From Bacteroidota bacterium (lineage in GTDB: Bacteria > Bacteroidota > Bacteroidia > NS11-12g > UBA955), in NCBI GenBank assembly GCA_030830065.1, contig JAURNR010000029.1, forward strand, positions 2,710 to 66,709: 64,000 bases of DNA, in the 5' to 3' direction. The notes below the pieces were generated by a model. That model was given only the letters and a program-made list of their open reading frames with translations, did no database searches and had not been told where the DNA came from. A program made the position numbers and the translations under genes. This document shows, piece by piece, positions 9,657-18,757 of the stretch. Every line of letters begins with the position of its first letter. Position 1 is the first letter of the stretch.

Positions 9657-10705
9657 TAATGTTTTAAACGAGGATCGATCCAAACATACATTAATTCTGT
9701 TAATGAGTGAATAATGAAAAACACACATGCTGTGAATAATACTCCACCCATTACTATTGGAAAATCACTTTGCTGTAGTGCTTCAATAGTTACTTTACCT
9801 AATCCTTTCCATTGAAAAATATATTCAGTAAAGAAAGACCCTGCTAGCAAACTACTAAACCATCCTCCTATAGATGTTATTATTGGATTTAATGCATTTG
9901 GAAAAGCATGTCTCCAAATGACTACACTTTCATTTAACCCTTTTGCTTTCGCTAATTGAATGTAATCTTGGTTTAAAATTTCAACCATAGTATTTCGTGT
10001 TAACTGAATAAAAACAGCTACTGGTCTAATACCTAAAGCCACCGCTGGGAGTATCAGATGATCCAATCGCAATGAATAATTTTCTCCTAGCGCATCTAAT
10101 TCATAAAGCGAACCAGTCATTGATAGGCCCGTAAAGTCATGTAAAACAAACCCAAATATCCAGGAAAAGAGCATTGCTGAAAAAAAAGAAGGAATAGAAA
10201 TTCCCAAAGTCGAAAACCCCACAATGGTATAATCTAATTTTGAATTCGCCTTAAGCGCGGCCAATACTCCAAGAGGAATACCTATTATTCCTGCGACAAT
10301 TAATGCAGCTAAAGCAAGCACGGCGGTACCACCAAATGCTCCCCATAAAATAGCTGAAACTTGTTGTTGAGTTTGAAAGGATTTTCTCATGTAAGGTAAT
10401 TTTACCCACAATTGATAATTATTACTTGGAGTAAGGCAAAGACCTTTTATTCCTTTGGGTGTTTTGGATTCTGCGTAAATTGAAATTACTGAAACATCAT
10501 TGAGATATCCCAAAGCTTGAACATAAACGGGCTCATCTAATCCTAGTTCTTCAACTATAGCTTCACGGGTACTATTGTCTGTTCTTTGTCCACTTAATAT
10601 TTGTTCAGGACCTGGAAGGGCTTGGAATAGAATAAAAACTAGCAAAACTAAACCTACTACTACCGATAATAATTGTATTATTCTAGAGAGTAGATTTTTA
10701 AACAT
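9656..10705 (-). CDS. ABC transporter permease, DppB/OppB (peptide/nickel) family, orphan
   Basis: The N-terminus MFKNLLSRIIQLLSVVVGLVLLVFILFQALPG and a multi-TM body match binding-protein-dependent permeases. Start taken at Met10 (track: 10732). Confidence 0.7.
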   Translation of the reverse strand: MFKNLLSRIIQLLSVVVGLVLLVFILFQALPGPEQILSGQRTDNSTREAIVEELGLDEPVYVQALGYLNDVSVISIYAESKTPKGIKGLCLTPSNNYQLWVKLPYMRKSFQTQQQVSAILWGAFGGTAVLALAALIVAGIIGIPLGVLAALKANSKLDYTIVGFSTLGISIPSFFSAMLFSWIFGFVLHDFTGLSMTGSLYELDALGENYSLRLDHLILPAVALGIRPVAVFIQLTRNTMVEILNQDYIQLAKAKGLNESVVIWRHAFPNALNPIITSIGGWFSSLLAGSFFTEYIFQWKGLGKVTIEALQQSDFPIVMGGVLFTACVFFIIHSLTELMYVWIDPRLKH

Positions 10706-10718
10706 AAATTCATTGCAA

Positions 10719-12209
10719 TTATTTAATGGCACTTAGTTCTTCCACAGATGGAAGATTGTTTCCACTCCACTTTTTAATCACCGTACTTCCTTTGAATAAA
10801 TATAGTGTTGGATTGTAACGCGCCATAGTCATTAACATTTTTTGATCTGCAGCATAAAACACAAATGGCAGTCGGTATTTTTCTTTAAACTGTTTGGCAG
10901 GATCTAATGACGAAGACGATAATGCATAAAAGGCCCATTTCTTATTCTGTGAAGTATGATATAAATCTATCATGTCTCTTAAACTGCCAGTATCCATTGT
11001 ATTCAAAAACGGTGCTATAAACATTAGTTGGTATCCCCCAAAATTCAACATTTCATCTTTTAAATCGGTACCAGATTCTTGATCGTAAATGGCAAAATCA
11101 TGAATAGGCGATTTATATCCTTCAATAATTAATTTACGATCCTGACGGATGAACTTAAAGCCGTCCTTTACTGCTTGGCTGTATCCCTTAATATCCACTT
11201 TAACAGAGTCGCTTCCTTTTTGCATTACAAATTTTATTTCAATACTGTCAGAAGCTCTTTCTCCATCTGGAATATTTTCCATTACATATTTTATATCATT
11301 TCCAACCTTATATGGAAGAAAATCCCATACGGGAAGATATTGATAACAATAAACTCCAAAGAATAATGTTCCAATAGAAAACAGCACCATTAAACCATCT
11401 GCTTTATTTTCTCTTATCAGGCAAACTGATTTTTTTCTAAAGAGAATGAGAAATAAGATAATAACAGACAATACAACATCTTTTTTGAACGAATCCCATG
11501 GTTTCAATTTTAAAAAATCTCCAAAACAACCACAATCAGTTACCTTATTAAAATAGGCCGAATAGAATGTTAAAAATGTAAAAAAGCCAATTAGCAATGC
11601 TGTTATTAATAACACCCAATTGATTTGCCATCCTAAAACCAACGCAAATCCTAAAATAACCTCAAGCGCACAGAAGAGAACGCTAAAATACAAACTATAA
11701 TCTTTACACGATTTAAAAAAACCATTTAACGCCGATTGTTCCTTTATATAAGTATTTAGCTGAACAGTCCAATTTTTTGTTTTTATTGTATCAATTTCAA
11801 AGTTAGCCGTCAATAATTGCTTATCACCGTTCTCCTTGAGTAAAACTAGTTCAGCTTTTTGCAATATTGTGTTACTATCTAGCTCAACTTCAGATTCTAA
11901 ATACATTTCATTCCCGTATTGCCACCTAACGGCAAATCCAGATGCGGAATCGCCCGAGACCGAAGCAGATATATTCTTTTCGTTATCAAAGGTATATAAT
12001 GTATATGTAGCCGAGTTTGAAACACCATCATGGTTGTATATTGTAAATTTTACTGAATCCTGAACTGTTGCTACATCATCAGCAAACACATCGAAATACT
12101 CATCTAGCTTAATTGCGAAACCAGACGGGTCATTTAATTTTACCGCACCCGAAAAAATAAATAAGGCTCCTGTTAAGACTCTAAGAAAATTATAAAAATA
12201 CTTCATCAT
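10719..12209 (-). CDS. DoxX/MauE-type membrane protein with C-terminal thioredoxin-like domain (BT_3928-like), carrying a ~120-aa loop insertion
   Basis: N-terminal LRVLTGALFIFSGAVKLNDPSGFAIKLDEYF, a CGCFG motif (VTDCGCFGDF), five hydrophobic helices and a soluble C-terminal ~200 aa. Confidence 0.6.
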   Translation of the reverse strand: MMKYFYNFLRVLTGALFIFSGAVKLNDPSGFAIKLDEYFDVFADDVATVQDSVKFTIYNHDGVSNSATYTLYTFDNEKNISASVSGDSASGFAVRWQYGNEMYLESEVELDSNTILQKAELVLLKENGDKQLLTANFEIDTIKTKNWTVQLNTYIKEQSALNGFFKSCKDYSLYFSVLFCALEVILGFALVLGWQINWVLLITALLIGFFTFLTFYSAYFNKVTDCGCFGDFLKLKPWDSFKKDVVLSVIILFLILFRKKSVCLIRENKADGLMVLFSIGTLFFGVYCYQYLPVWDFLPYKVGNDIKYVMENIPDGERASDSIEIKFVMQKGSDSVKVDIKGYSQAVKDGFKFIRQDRKLIIEGYKSPIHDFAIYDQESGTDLKDEMLNFGGYQLMFIAPFLNTMDTGSLRDMIDLYHTSQNKKWAFYALSSSSLDPAKQFKEKYRLPFVFYAADQKMLMTMARYNPTLYLFKGSTVIKKWSGNNLPSVEELSAIK

Positions 12210-12751
12210 TATTGGTTGTTTTTATCAATTCTGATTAAAGCAAATATCGCATAATTCATTATATCTTGGTAGTTTGCAACCACTCCTTCACTCGCAATTG
12301 TCTTTCCTTTATTATCCTCGATTTGTTTAATTCTCGAAAGCTTAACTAAAATCATATCAGTAAAACTACTTATACGCATTTCTCGCCATACCTCACTGTA
12401 ATCGCTATTTTTTAGTGTCATCAGATCTAATGTAGTTTGCGCCCAATAATCGTATCTGCTCATTAACTTATTCAAAGATGTATCTTCATCGTAGTTATTT
12501 TCTTCAGATTGAATCATTGCCATTAAAGCGTAATTAACAATTCCCATGAATTCCCCGTAGATATCATCTCCTACGTTATTGGAGCCGGTGCTTTCGATAT
12601 TTCTAATTCTTTGAGCTTTAATAAAGAGCTGGTCAGTTAAGCTGCTTGGACGGAAGAGTGTCCAAGACGGACCATAATCGGTATTTTTGGCTGAAAAAAT
12701 TTTCTTACAATTTAAAATTACCGCTTCGTATTGATCCTTAGTTTTCGACAT
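12209..12751 (-). CDS. DUF1599 domain protein (tandem duplication of the domain)
   Basis: Two internally repeated modules: KNTDYGPSWTLFRPSSLTDQLFIKAQRIRNIE and KNSDYSEVWREMRISSFTDMILVKLSRIKQIE. Each is followed by a Y..IMNYA(L/I)(M/F)A(M/L)I helix. Confidence 0.65.
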   Translation of the reverse strand: MSKTKDQYEAVILNCKKIFSAKNTDYGPSWTLFRPSSLTDQLFIKAQRIRNIESTGSNNVGDDIYGEFMGIVNYALMAMIQSEENNYDEDTSLNKLMSRYDYWAQTTLDLMTLKNSDYSEVWREMRISSFTDMILVKLSRIKQIEDNKGKTIASEGVVANYQDIMNYAIFALIRIDKNNQ

Positions 12752-12821
12752 TCAGACAAAGATATTAATCGTAATTGTTAAATCATCGATTATTAACTAT
12801 ATTTCAACTAGCAATTATTTC

Positions 12822-15800
12822 ATGGAATCATTTAAAAAACTATTTAGCAATCTTAACAAACAGCAGCAACAAGCCGTTAGTACCATTGAAGGTCCAGTTA
12901 TGGTTATTGCTGGACCAGGAACAGGGAAAACTCAAATATTAGCAGCAAGAATTTTAAATATTTTAGAGAAAACACAAATCGCACCTGAAAATATTCTATG
13001 TCTTACCTATACAGACGCCGGTAGCAATGCCATGAAAGAACGATTAAGCCAGTTTATGGGAACTGACGCTTACAGAGTAAATATTCATACATTCCATAGC
13101 CTATGCAATAAAATAATTTCTGATTACCCTGAACACTTTTCAATGAAAGAGCTGCGTGTGATGGATGATCTGGAAAGAATTGAATTAATTGAATCCATCA
13201 GAGACTCACTCCCACATGATTCTAAACTAAAAACCTACTCTGAATATAACCAAAGTACTCAAGAAACGTTCCATAAACTTTGGAATATAATGCAGGAATT
13301 AAATCTTTCACCTCAGTTACTCACAGAATACGTTGATGAGTTTAAGAATATTGAAATATTTAAAGAAACATTCCCAGACACACTGTATAAGAGAAATTAC
13401 AAAGAATTCCAAGTAGGTGATCTTAATGAAAAAAAAGCGAAAGATTATTTTGATAGATGGGAAAAACTCATAGAAGCAGCAGAGCTTAAATCAAAATACA
13501 CCCAGATCAAAGAAGAAAAAGGAGTTTATGAATTCAGTGACATGATTGACTGGGTCTATAAAAAGTTAAGTGAAGATGTAGATTTTAAGCATGAAATTCA
13601 AGAGCGCTATCAATATGTATTAGTTGATGAGTTTCAAGATACTAGCAAGATACAATCTGATATCTTGGATTTACTAATTGACTTTTGGGATGATAATCCC
13701 AATTGTTTTGTGGTTGGAGACGACGATCAAAGCATCTATGCTTTTCAGGGAGCCCTAGTTTCGAATATGTTGCGTTTCAAGACTAAATATGAGAGGAATC
13801 TTGAGGTAGTAATACTAACCGAAAATTACCGAAGCTCACAAGAAATTTTAGATGCTTCTGGTAGGCTTATTTCGAAAAACCAGGAGAGGTTAGTTAATTC
13901 TAATCCTGCTTACAATAAAACTTTAATAAAAGGCCAAAATGGTCCTAATGAAAATTACTCAAATATACCATTTCGAATTCAACAGTACGGAAACAAATTC
14001 CAAGAGGCTGCAAGTATATCCTACGAAATAAAGGATATGATTGAAAATCAGGGTATTAATCCGAATGAAATTGCTCTATTATATTCTAAACATAAAGCAG
14101 CTGAAGAATATATTGAACTTTTCCGCGAGCTTGATATACCATTTGTTTTAAATAAGAGCATCAATATTTTAGAAGAACCAATAATACATCTGCTTGAAAA
14201 CTGGTTAAATTATTTACAGGCAGAAATCAATGTTCCCAATTCGGGCGAATATTTGTTATATCCAATTCTATTGAGCGAATTATATTCATTCAACCCTTAT
14301 TCGCTGAACAGGTTATCATCTCACATCTATAAACTTGGTAGAGAAAAATACAAAAAGACACAAACGAGATATACTTGGAGAGAGCATATCCACTTAATAC
14401 TTCACGACAAAATTAAATATGACTATTTAGAAAAAAAAGAAAAAGAGACACTCAAAATATTATGGAATAATAAAGAAAAATGGATTAAGCTGGCAGCAAC
14501 AGAAAATACAAACATACTTATATCGATGATTATTTCCGAAGGTGGATTTATAGAGTATGCCGCAAAATCTTCAGATTCTATATGGAATATGGAAGTTCTA
14601 CATTCCTTTTTAGAATTTGTAAGATCACAATGTGAAAGAAACCCTAATCTAAGTTTACAAGAATTAATGACAAAATTTAGGGCTATGGAACATTCTGGAG
14701 TTGCTGTAAAGCTAGAGAAAAGACTTGGAAATTCTTCCGGTGTTCAATTTTACACAGCACATTCATCAAAAGGTTTAGAATTTCAATACGTATATATTAT
14801 TCAATCTACATCCAATATGTGGGTGAGTGCGAGAAATGCAGCTAGTCCATACAGGATTAAGAATCTTCTTGAAGCTCACAAACGTAGAATCGCCGGTTCC
14901 CAAACTGAAGACCAAATATTGGAAGAAAAACGACGTTTATTTTTTGTTGCAGTAACACGAGCTAAAAAAGAAGTTAGAATATCATATCCTGCAATGAAAT
15001 TTGGCGCTAGAAGCAATACTGAACAAGCAGCAGTGTTTATTGGTGAGTCATATCCCAATTTTTTTTTAGGAAAAGAAATAAAATCAGAAGAAATTACCCA
15101 CGATGCGCAAACAAAGGCACAGAAATATATTCTAAGTCACAATGGAAAACCGTTCTTGAAAAAGGTTCAGAAAGAGTGGCTAGAAGAGAGAATTGCTGAA
15201 TTTGTATTTTCTCCTTCTTCTCTAAATAGTATATTAAAGTGCGGAATTCAATTTTTCTATGGTCAACTCGTTAGAATACCTTCCCCGCCAAGTGAATATG
15301 CTTCTTATGGAACAGCAATGCATGGGACTCTCAGGAAATTAATTGAAGATTGGGTAAAAAAGAAAAAATGGCCTACTGAAGAAGAATTTACGGAAGTTTT
15401 CGAGTATCAGATGAGTAAGGAAAGAGGGAATTTTACAGACAAACAGTTCAATAACAGACTGCAACAAGGAAAGTCAATCATTCCAAATTTTCTTGGTCAA
15501 AAAAAGGAGGATTACATGGATTACCCCGATGTAAAAACAGAGTTTCCCCTAAGATCTATGATAGGGAATGTTTCATTAAAAGGGAGTATTGATAAACTTA
15601 TTATTAGAGGCCACCAAGTAAGTGTAGTAGACTATAAAACCAGCAAGCTAAGTAATATAAAAAAGCATACTGAAGTACCCAAAACTAATGAACCCAAAGA
15701 TATACCAAGTTCTTATTGGTTTCAAATTGGGGTATATGCATTGATGATTAATGAAAATCCCGAATACAGATGGAATTGTAGTACAGGCGCAATTGAATCA

Positions 15801-16013
15801 TTGATTGAGGATGAGGATGGAATATTTAATAACTATCCACTCCAATACACAAAAGATAACTTTGAATTAATACGCGCATGGATAATGATTGCGCAAGATT
15901 TACTGGAGAGTAAGGAATTTTTAAAGGGGTGTGGAAAGGAAAATTGTACTTATTGCAATTTTGCGTTGGAAACTGGATTAGCGGAAATTTTCAAGGATGA
16001 TAATTCTAGCTAA
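12822..16013 (+). CDS. UvrD/PcrA-family ATP-dependent helicase fused to a C-terminal RecB/Cas4-like PD-(D/E)XK nuclease with a 4-Cys cluster (AddA/AddB-like)
   Basis: Helicase motifs: AGPGTGKT (Walker A), VDEFQDTS, VGDDDQSIYAFQGA, LTENYRSS, AHSSKGLEF, VAVTRAK. Nuclease motifs: GSIDKL, VVDYKTSK, QIGVYAL. Cys codons lie at 15240, 15930, 15945 and 15954 (LKCG ... GCGKENCTYC). Confidence 0.8.
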   Translation: MESFKKLFSNLNKQQQQAVSTIEGPVMVIAGPGTGKTQILAARILNILEKTQIAPENILCLTYTDAGSNAMKERLSQFMGTDAYRVNIHTFHSLCNKIISDYPEHFSMKELRVMDDLERIELIESIRDSLPHDSKLKTYSEYNQSTQETFHKLWNIMQELNLSPQLLTEYVDEFKNIEIFKETFPDTLYKRNYKEFQVGDLNEKKAKDYFDRWEKLIEAAELKSKYTQIKEEKGVYEFSDMIDWVYKKLSEDVDFKHEIQERYQYVLVDEFQDTSKIQSDILDLLIDFWDDNPNCFVVGDDDQSIYAFQGALVSNMLRFKTKYERNLEVVILTENYRSSQEILDASGRLISKNQERLVNSNPAYNKTLIKGQNGPNENYSNIPFRIQQYGNKFQEAASISYEIKDMIENQGINPNEIALLYSKHKAAEEYIELFRELDIPFVLNKSINILEEPIIHLLENWLNYLQAEINVPNSGEYLLYPILLSELYSFNPYSLNRLSSHIYKLGREKYKKTQTRYTWREHIHLILHDKIKYDYLEKKEKETLKILWNNKEKWIKLAATENTNILISMIISEGGFIEYAAKSSDSIWNMEVLHSFLEFVRSQCERNPNLSLQELMTKFRAMEHSGVAVKLEKRLGNSSGVQFYTAHSSKGLEFQYVYIIQSTSNMWVSARNAASPYRIKNLLEAHKRRIAGSQTEDQILEEKRRLFFVAVTRAKKEVRISYPAMKFGARSNTEQAAVFIGESYPNFFLGKEIKSEEITHDAQTKAQKYILSHNGKPFLKKVQKEWLEERIAEFVFSPSSLNSILKCGIQFFYGQLVRIPSPPSEYASYGTAMHGTLRKLIEDWVKKKKWPTEEEFTEVFEYQMSKERGNFTDKQFNNRLQQGKSIIPNFLGQKKEDYMDYPDVKTEFPLRSMIGNVSLKGSIDKLIIRGHQVSVVDYKTSKLSNIKKHTEVPKTNEPKDIPSSYWFQIGVYALMINENPEYRWNCSTGAIESLIEDEDGIFNNYPLQYTKDNFELIRAWIMIAQDLLESKEFLKGCGKENCTYCNFALETGLAEIFKDDNSS

Positions 16014-16731
16014 TTCCTGTATTCAAATCTAATTTTCTACAAGCTTTCTCTGAACAAAGTTCCTCGGCTTTTTTTCTACTTTTATTAGATTCTGTAAACC
16101 AGTTTTCGCCTTCAACTTCCAAAGTTACCCGGTGCCTATCGTCTTTTTTTGTTTCATCAAATTCATGAATCCAATTAATACTTTTCTGCTGTTTCTGGGC
16201 CCATTTCATGAATACTGCTTTATATGAAACTGCTGTAGACATGAGTTTATCAATATCTAAATATTGATCAACAAGTCGATGAATAATGAACCATTGTGCT
16301 TTCTTATAACCTCTATCTAAATATATGGCTCCAATTAATGCCTCAAGCGCATTACCACCAATACTTTTCATCGCACTTCGGTTTCTCTTTAATTCATCTT
16401 TAACGTTCATATATTCCAATAGACCCATTTTTTTTGCTAAATCACTCATTTGCTCGCGATTAACTATTCGGGTTCTCATTTCAGTTAGGAATCCTTCATC
16501 TCTCTTTGGGAATCTATTAAAAAGTACTTCGGCAATAACGGCATCTAGAATAGCATCACCTAAAAATTCAAGTCTCTCATTACTCAGATGAATAGTATCA
16601 GAATGAAATGAGTTGATTTCCCCAACTGAGGAATGAGTTAAAGCCTCTTTATAAATGGCATGGCGTATAGGACGAATTCCCGTTAAACGGTAAATCCATC
16701 GTCGTAAATCATTATGAAACAAAATACTCAA
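16006..16731 (-). CDS. rnc: ribonuclease III
   Basis: ERLEFLGDAILDAVIAEVLF is the RNase III signature. A C-terminal dsRBD-like region follows. The stop overlaps the helicase stop (CTAGCTAA). Confidence 0.9.
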   Translation of the reverse strand: MSILFHNDLRRWIYRLTGIRPIRHAIYKEALTHSSVGEINSFHSDTIHLSNERLEFLGDAILDAVIAEVLFNRFPKRDEGFLTEMRTRIVNREQMSDLAKKMGLLEYMNVKDELKRNRSAMKSIGGNALEALIGAIYLDRGYKKAQWFIIHRLVDQYLDIDKLMSTAVSYKAVFMKWAQKQQKSINWIHEFDETKKDDRHRVTLEVEGENWFTESNKSRKKAEELCSEKACRKLDLNTGIS

Positions 16732-16737
16732 CGAAGG

Positions 16738-17991
16738 TTAATCCTCGTATTTTTTGAAGATAACAGAAGCGTTATGACCTCCAAATCCAAAAGTATTACT
16801 AAGAGCAGCTCTAACCGTTTTACGTTCTGCTTTGTTTAATGTTAGGTTCAATTTTGAATCTATTTCAGGATCTTCAACTTTATGGTTAATCGTTGGGGGT
16901 ACTATGTCATCTTGAACTGCCATGACACAAGCCACAGCTTCTACTGCCCCGGCACCACCTAATAGATGTCCTGTTTGGCTCTTTGTAGAGCTTATGTTTA
17001 AATCATACACATCTTCTCCAAATACCGACTTTATTGCTTTAATTTCAGCAATATCACCTAATGGAGTACTAGTACCGTGTACGTTTATGTAATCGATGTC
17101 TTTTGAAGACATGCCGGCCTCTTCCAATGCCATATTCATTACGTTCATTGCACCCAAACCTTCAGGGTGTGGCGCTGTTAAATGATACGCATCAGCAGTC
17201 ATTCCACCGCCAACCAATTCAGCATAAATTTTTGCACCTCTAGCTTTAGCATGTTCAAGATCTTCGAGAACTATTGATGCACCTCCCTCTCCCATTACAA
17301 ATCCATCACGAGTTTTATCGAATGGACGTGAAGCAGTAGCGAAGTCATCATTTCTCTCACTTAATGCCTTCATGTTGGAAAATCCTCCAACAGACGGTTC
17401 ATTAACGCATGCTTCTGAACCACCAGATACAACAACATCTGCTTTTCCTAAACGGATAAGATTAAAGGCATCGATTAATGCATGTGTTGATGAAGCGCAA
17501 GCGGAAACGGTTCCATAATTTGGACCTCGAAATTTGTGTTTTATTGATATAAAACCTGCCGCTATATCAATAATCATCTTAGGAATAAAAAAAGGCGAGA
17601 AACGCGGAGTTCCATCGCCCTTTGAATGATCCATTACCTCTTTGTAGAAAGTCGTTAAGCCACCGATTCCCGCACCCCAAACTACACCAATTCTGTCTAG
17701 ATTGTGGTTTGCATTTAAAAATCCACTATCCGCAATAGCTTCATCTGAACAAACCATAGCATATTGAGTGAAGGGATCCATCTTGCGCACTTCTTTACGA
17801 TCAAAATGAGCAGCAGGATCAAAATCCTTCAATTCACATGCAAACTTTACTTTGTAATTGGTGGAATCAAAACGCGTAATAAGACCTGCACCACTGGTAC
17901 CTTCTACTAACGCTTTCCAATAATCTTGGAGATTGTTTCCAATGGGTGTAAGAGCACCCATCCCTGTGACAACAACCCTCTTGAGTTGCAT
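16738..17991 (-). CDS. fabF: beta-ketoacyl-ACP synthase II
   Basis: 417-aa KAS II with active-site context VSACASSTHA, HGTSTPLGD and GHLLGGAG. It sits directly downstream of acpP. Confidence 0.92.
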   Translation of the reverse strand: MQLKRVVVTGMGALTPIGNNLQDYWKALVEGTSGAGLITRFDSTNYKVKFACELKDFDPAAHFDRKEVRKMDPFTQYAMVCSDEAIADSGFLNANHNLDRIGVVWGAGIGGLTTFYKEVMDHSKGDGTPRFSPFFIPKMIIDIAAGFISIKHKFRGPNYGTVSACASSTHALIDAFNLIRLGKADVVVSGGSEACVNEPSVGGFSNMKALSERNDDFATASRPFDKTRDGFVMGEGGASIVLEDLEHAKARGAKIYAELVGGGMTADAYHLTAPHPEGLGAMNVMNMALEEAGMSSKDIDYINVHGTSTPLGDIAEIKAIKSVFGEDVYDLNISSTKSQTGHLLGGAGAVEAVACVMAVQDDIVPPTINHKVEDPEIDSKLNLTLNKAERKTVRAALSNTFGFGGHNASVIFKKYED

Positions 17992-17995
17992 AGAT

Positions 17996-18232
17996 TTAGT
18001 TCTTGTGTTCCTGGATGTAACTTACAGCCTCTCCTACTGTTTGGATCTTCTCTGCCTGATCATCTGGAATGCTAATATCGAACTCTTTTTCAAATTCCAT
18101 AATTAACTCCACTGTATCAAGTGAGTCTGCTCCTAAATCATTAGTGAAACTAGCCTCCGGATTTACTTCGGCTTCATCAACGCCCAACTTATCGACGATG
18201 ATAGCGGTTACTTTTTCTGCAATTTCTGACAT
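17996..18232 (-). CDS. acpP: acyl carrier protein
   Basis: 78 aa with the phosphopantetheine attachment motif [13 protein letters not shown]. Confidence 0.92.
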   Translation of the reverse strand: MSEIAEKVTAIIVDKLGVDEAEVNPEASFTNDLGADSLDTVELIMEFEKEFDISIPDDQAEKIQTVGEAVSYIQEHKN

Positions 18233-18279
18233 GGTTAGTATTTGATTTTTGCGCTACAAAGAAACATTTTTTTCTTGAG

Positions 18280-18756
18280 ATGCCGACGAAAAATTTATTT
18301 TTGTGTGTAAAATTGTCTGTAAAACGCTACAAATCGTCTGTATCCCTTTATGGTAGTGACTTCGTGATTGTTGGAATTCACACGAATGAACCACCATATA
18401 AACTATCATGGTGTCTAAATGACACTTTTATGTGGGATTTTGTGTGCGAAAAAGTACCATTTGCGGTAAATTTGCCTGAGAAATTAGTATCAATGCATGC
18501 AGAATACCACTATCAAGGATCAGAATTGAACCCAAGATTATGGTTATTACAAAATCAGGGTTCTGAATTACGACTGGTAAATCAAAAACCTATTCCCGAT
18601 TACTTTCTCATTGTTGAAAAGGAATTTGCCGAATTAAGAAATTGGGAAGAAATGATGAGAAATGTAAACGGTGTTCAGCATGCTTATACATATCCAGAGA
18701 AAATTGCTCAAAAAATGCACTGGGTATACAACTTAAAACACTTGATAAAAGAATAA
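18280..18756 (+). CDS. IPExxxVDY family protein (uncharacterised; start codon uncertain)
   Basis: DFVIVGIHTNEPPYKLSWCLND ... KPIPDYFLIVE, together with the position between acpP and pyk, match the Bacteroidota IPExxxVDY family. An in-frame TTG downstream of the track ATG could be the true start. Confidence 0.5.
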   Translation: MPTKNLFLCVKLSVKRYKSSVSLYGSDFVIVGIHTNEPPYKLSWCLNDTFMWDFVCEKVPFAVNLPEKLVSMHAEYHYQGSELNPRLWLLQNQGSELRLVNQKPIPDYFLIVEKEFAELRNWEEMMRNVNGVQHAYTYPEKIAQKMHWVYNLKHLIKE

Positions 18757-18757
18757 A

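Noticed and set aside
12822-16013. UvrD-like helicase-nuclease as a phage-defense helicase (e.g. Gabija GajB-like or Hachiman-like)
   Set aside because: There is no partner gene of any known defense pair. It is flanked by core genes (DUF1599, rnc, fabF, acpP). The domain layout fits DNA end-processing (AddA/AddB-like) better.
16006-16013. Convergent genes with overlapping stop codons and no terminator (helicase/rnc; also murA/OMP at 29697-29704, GNAT/GT4 at 51774-51787)
   Set aside because: The overlaps are real, but this is a generic consequence of very tight gene packing in this genome. There is no specific regulatory inference I can support.
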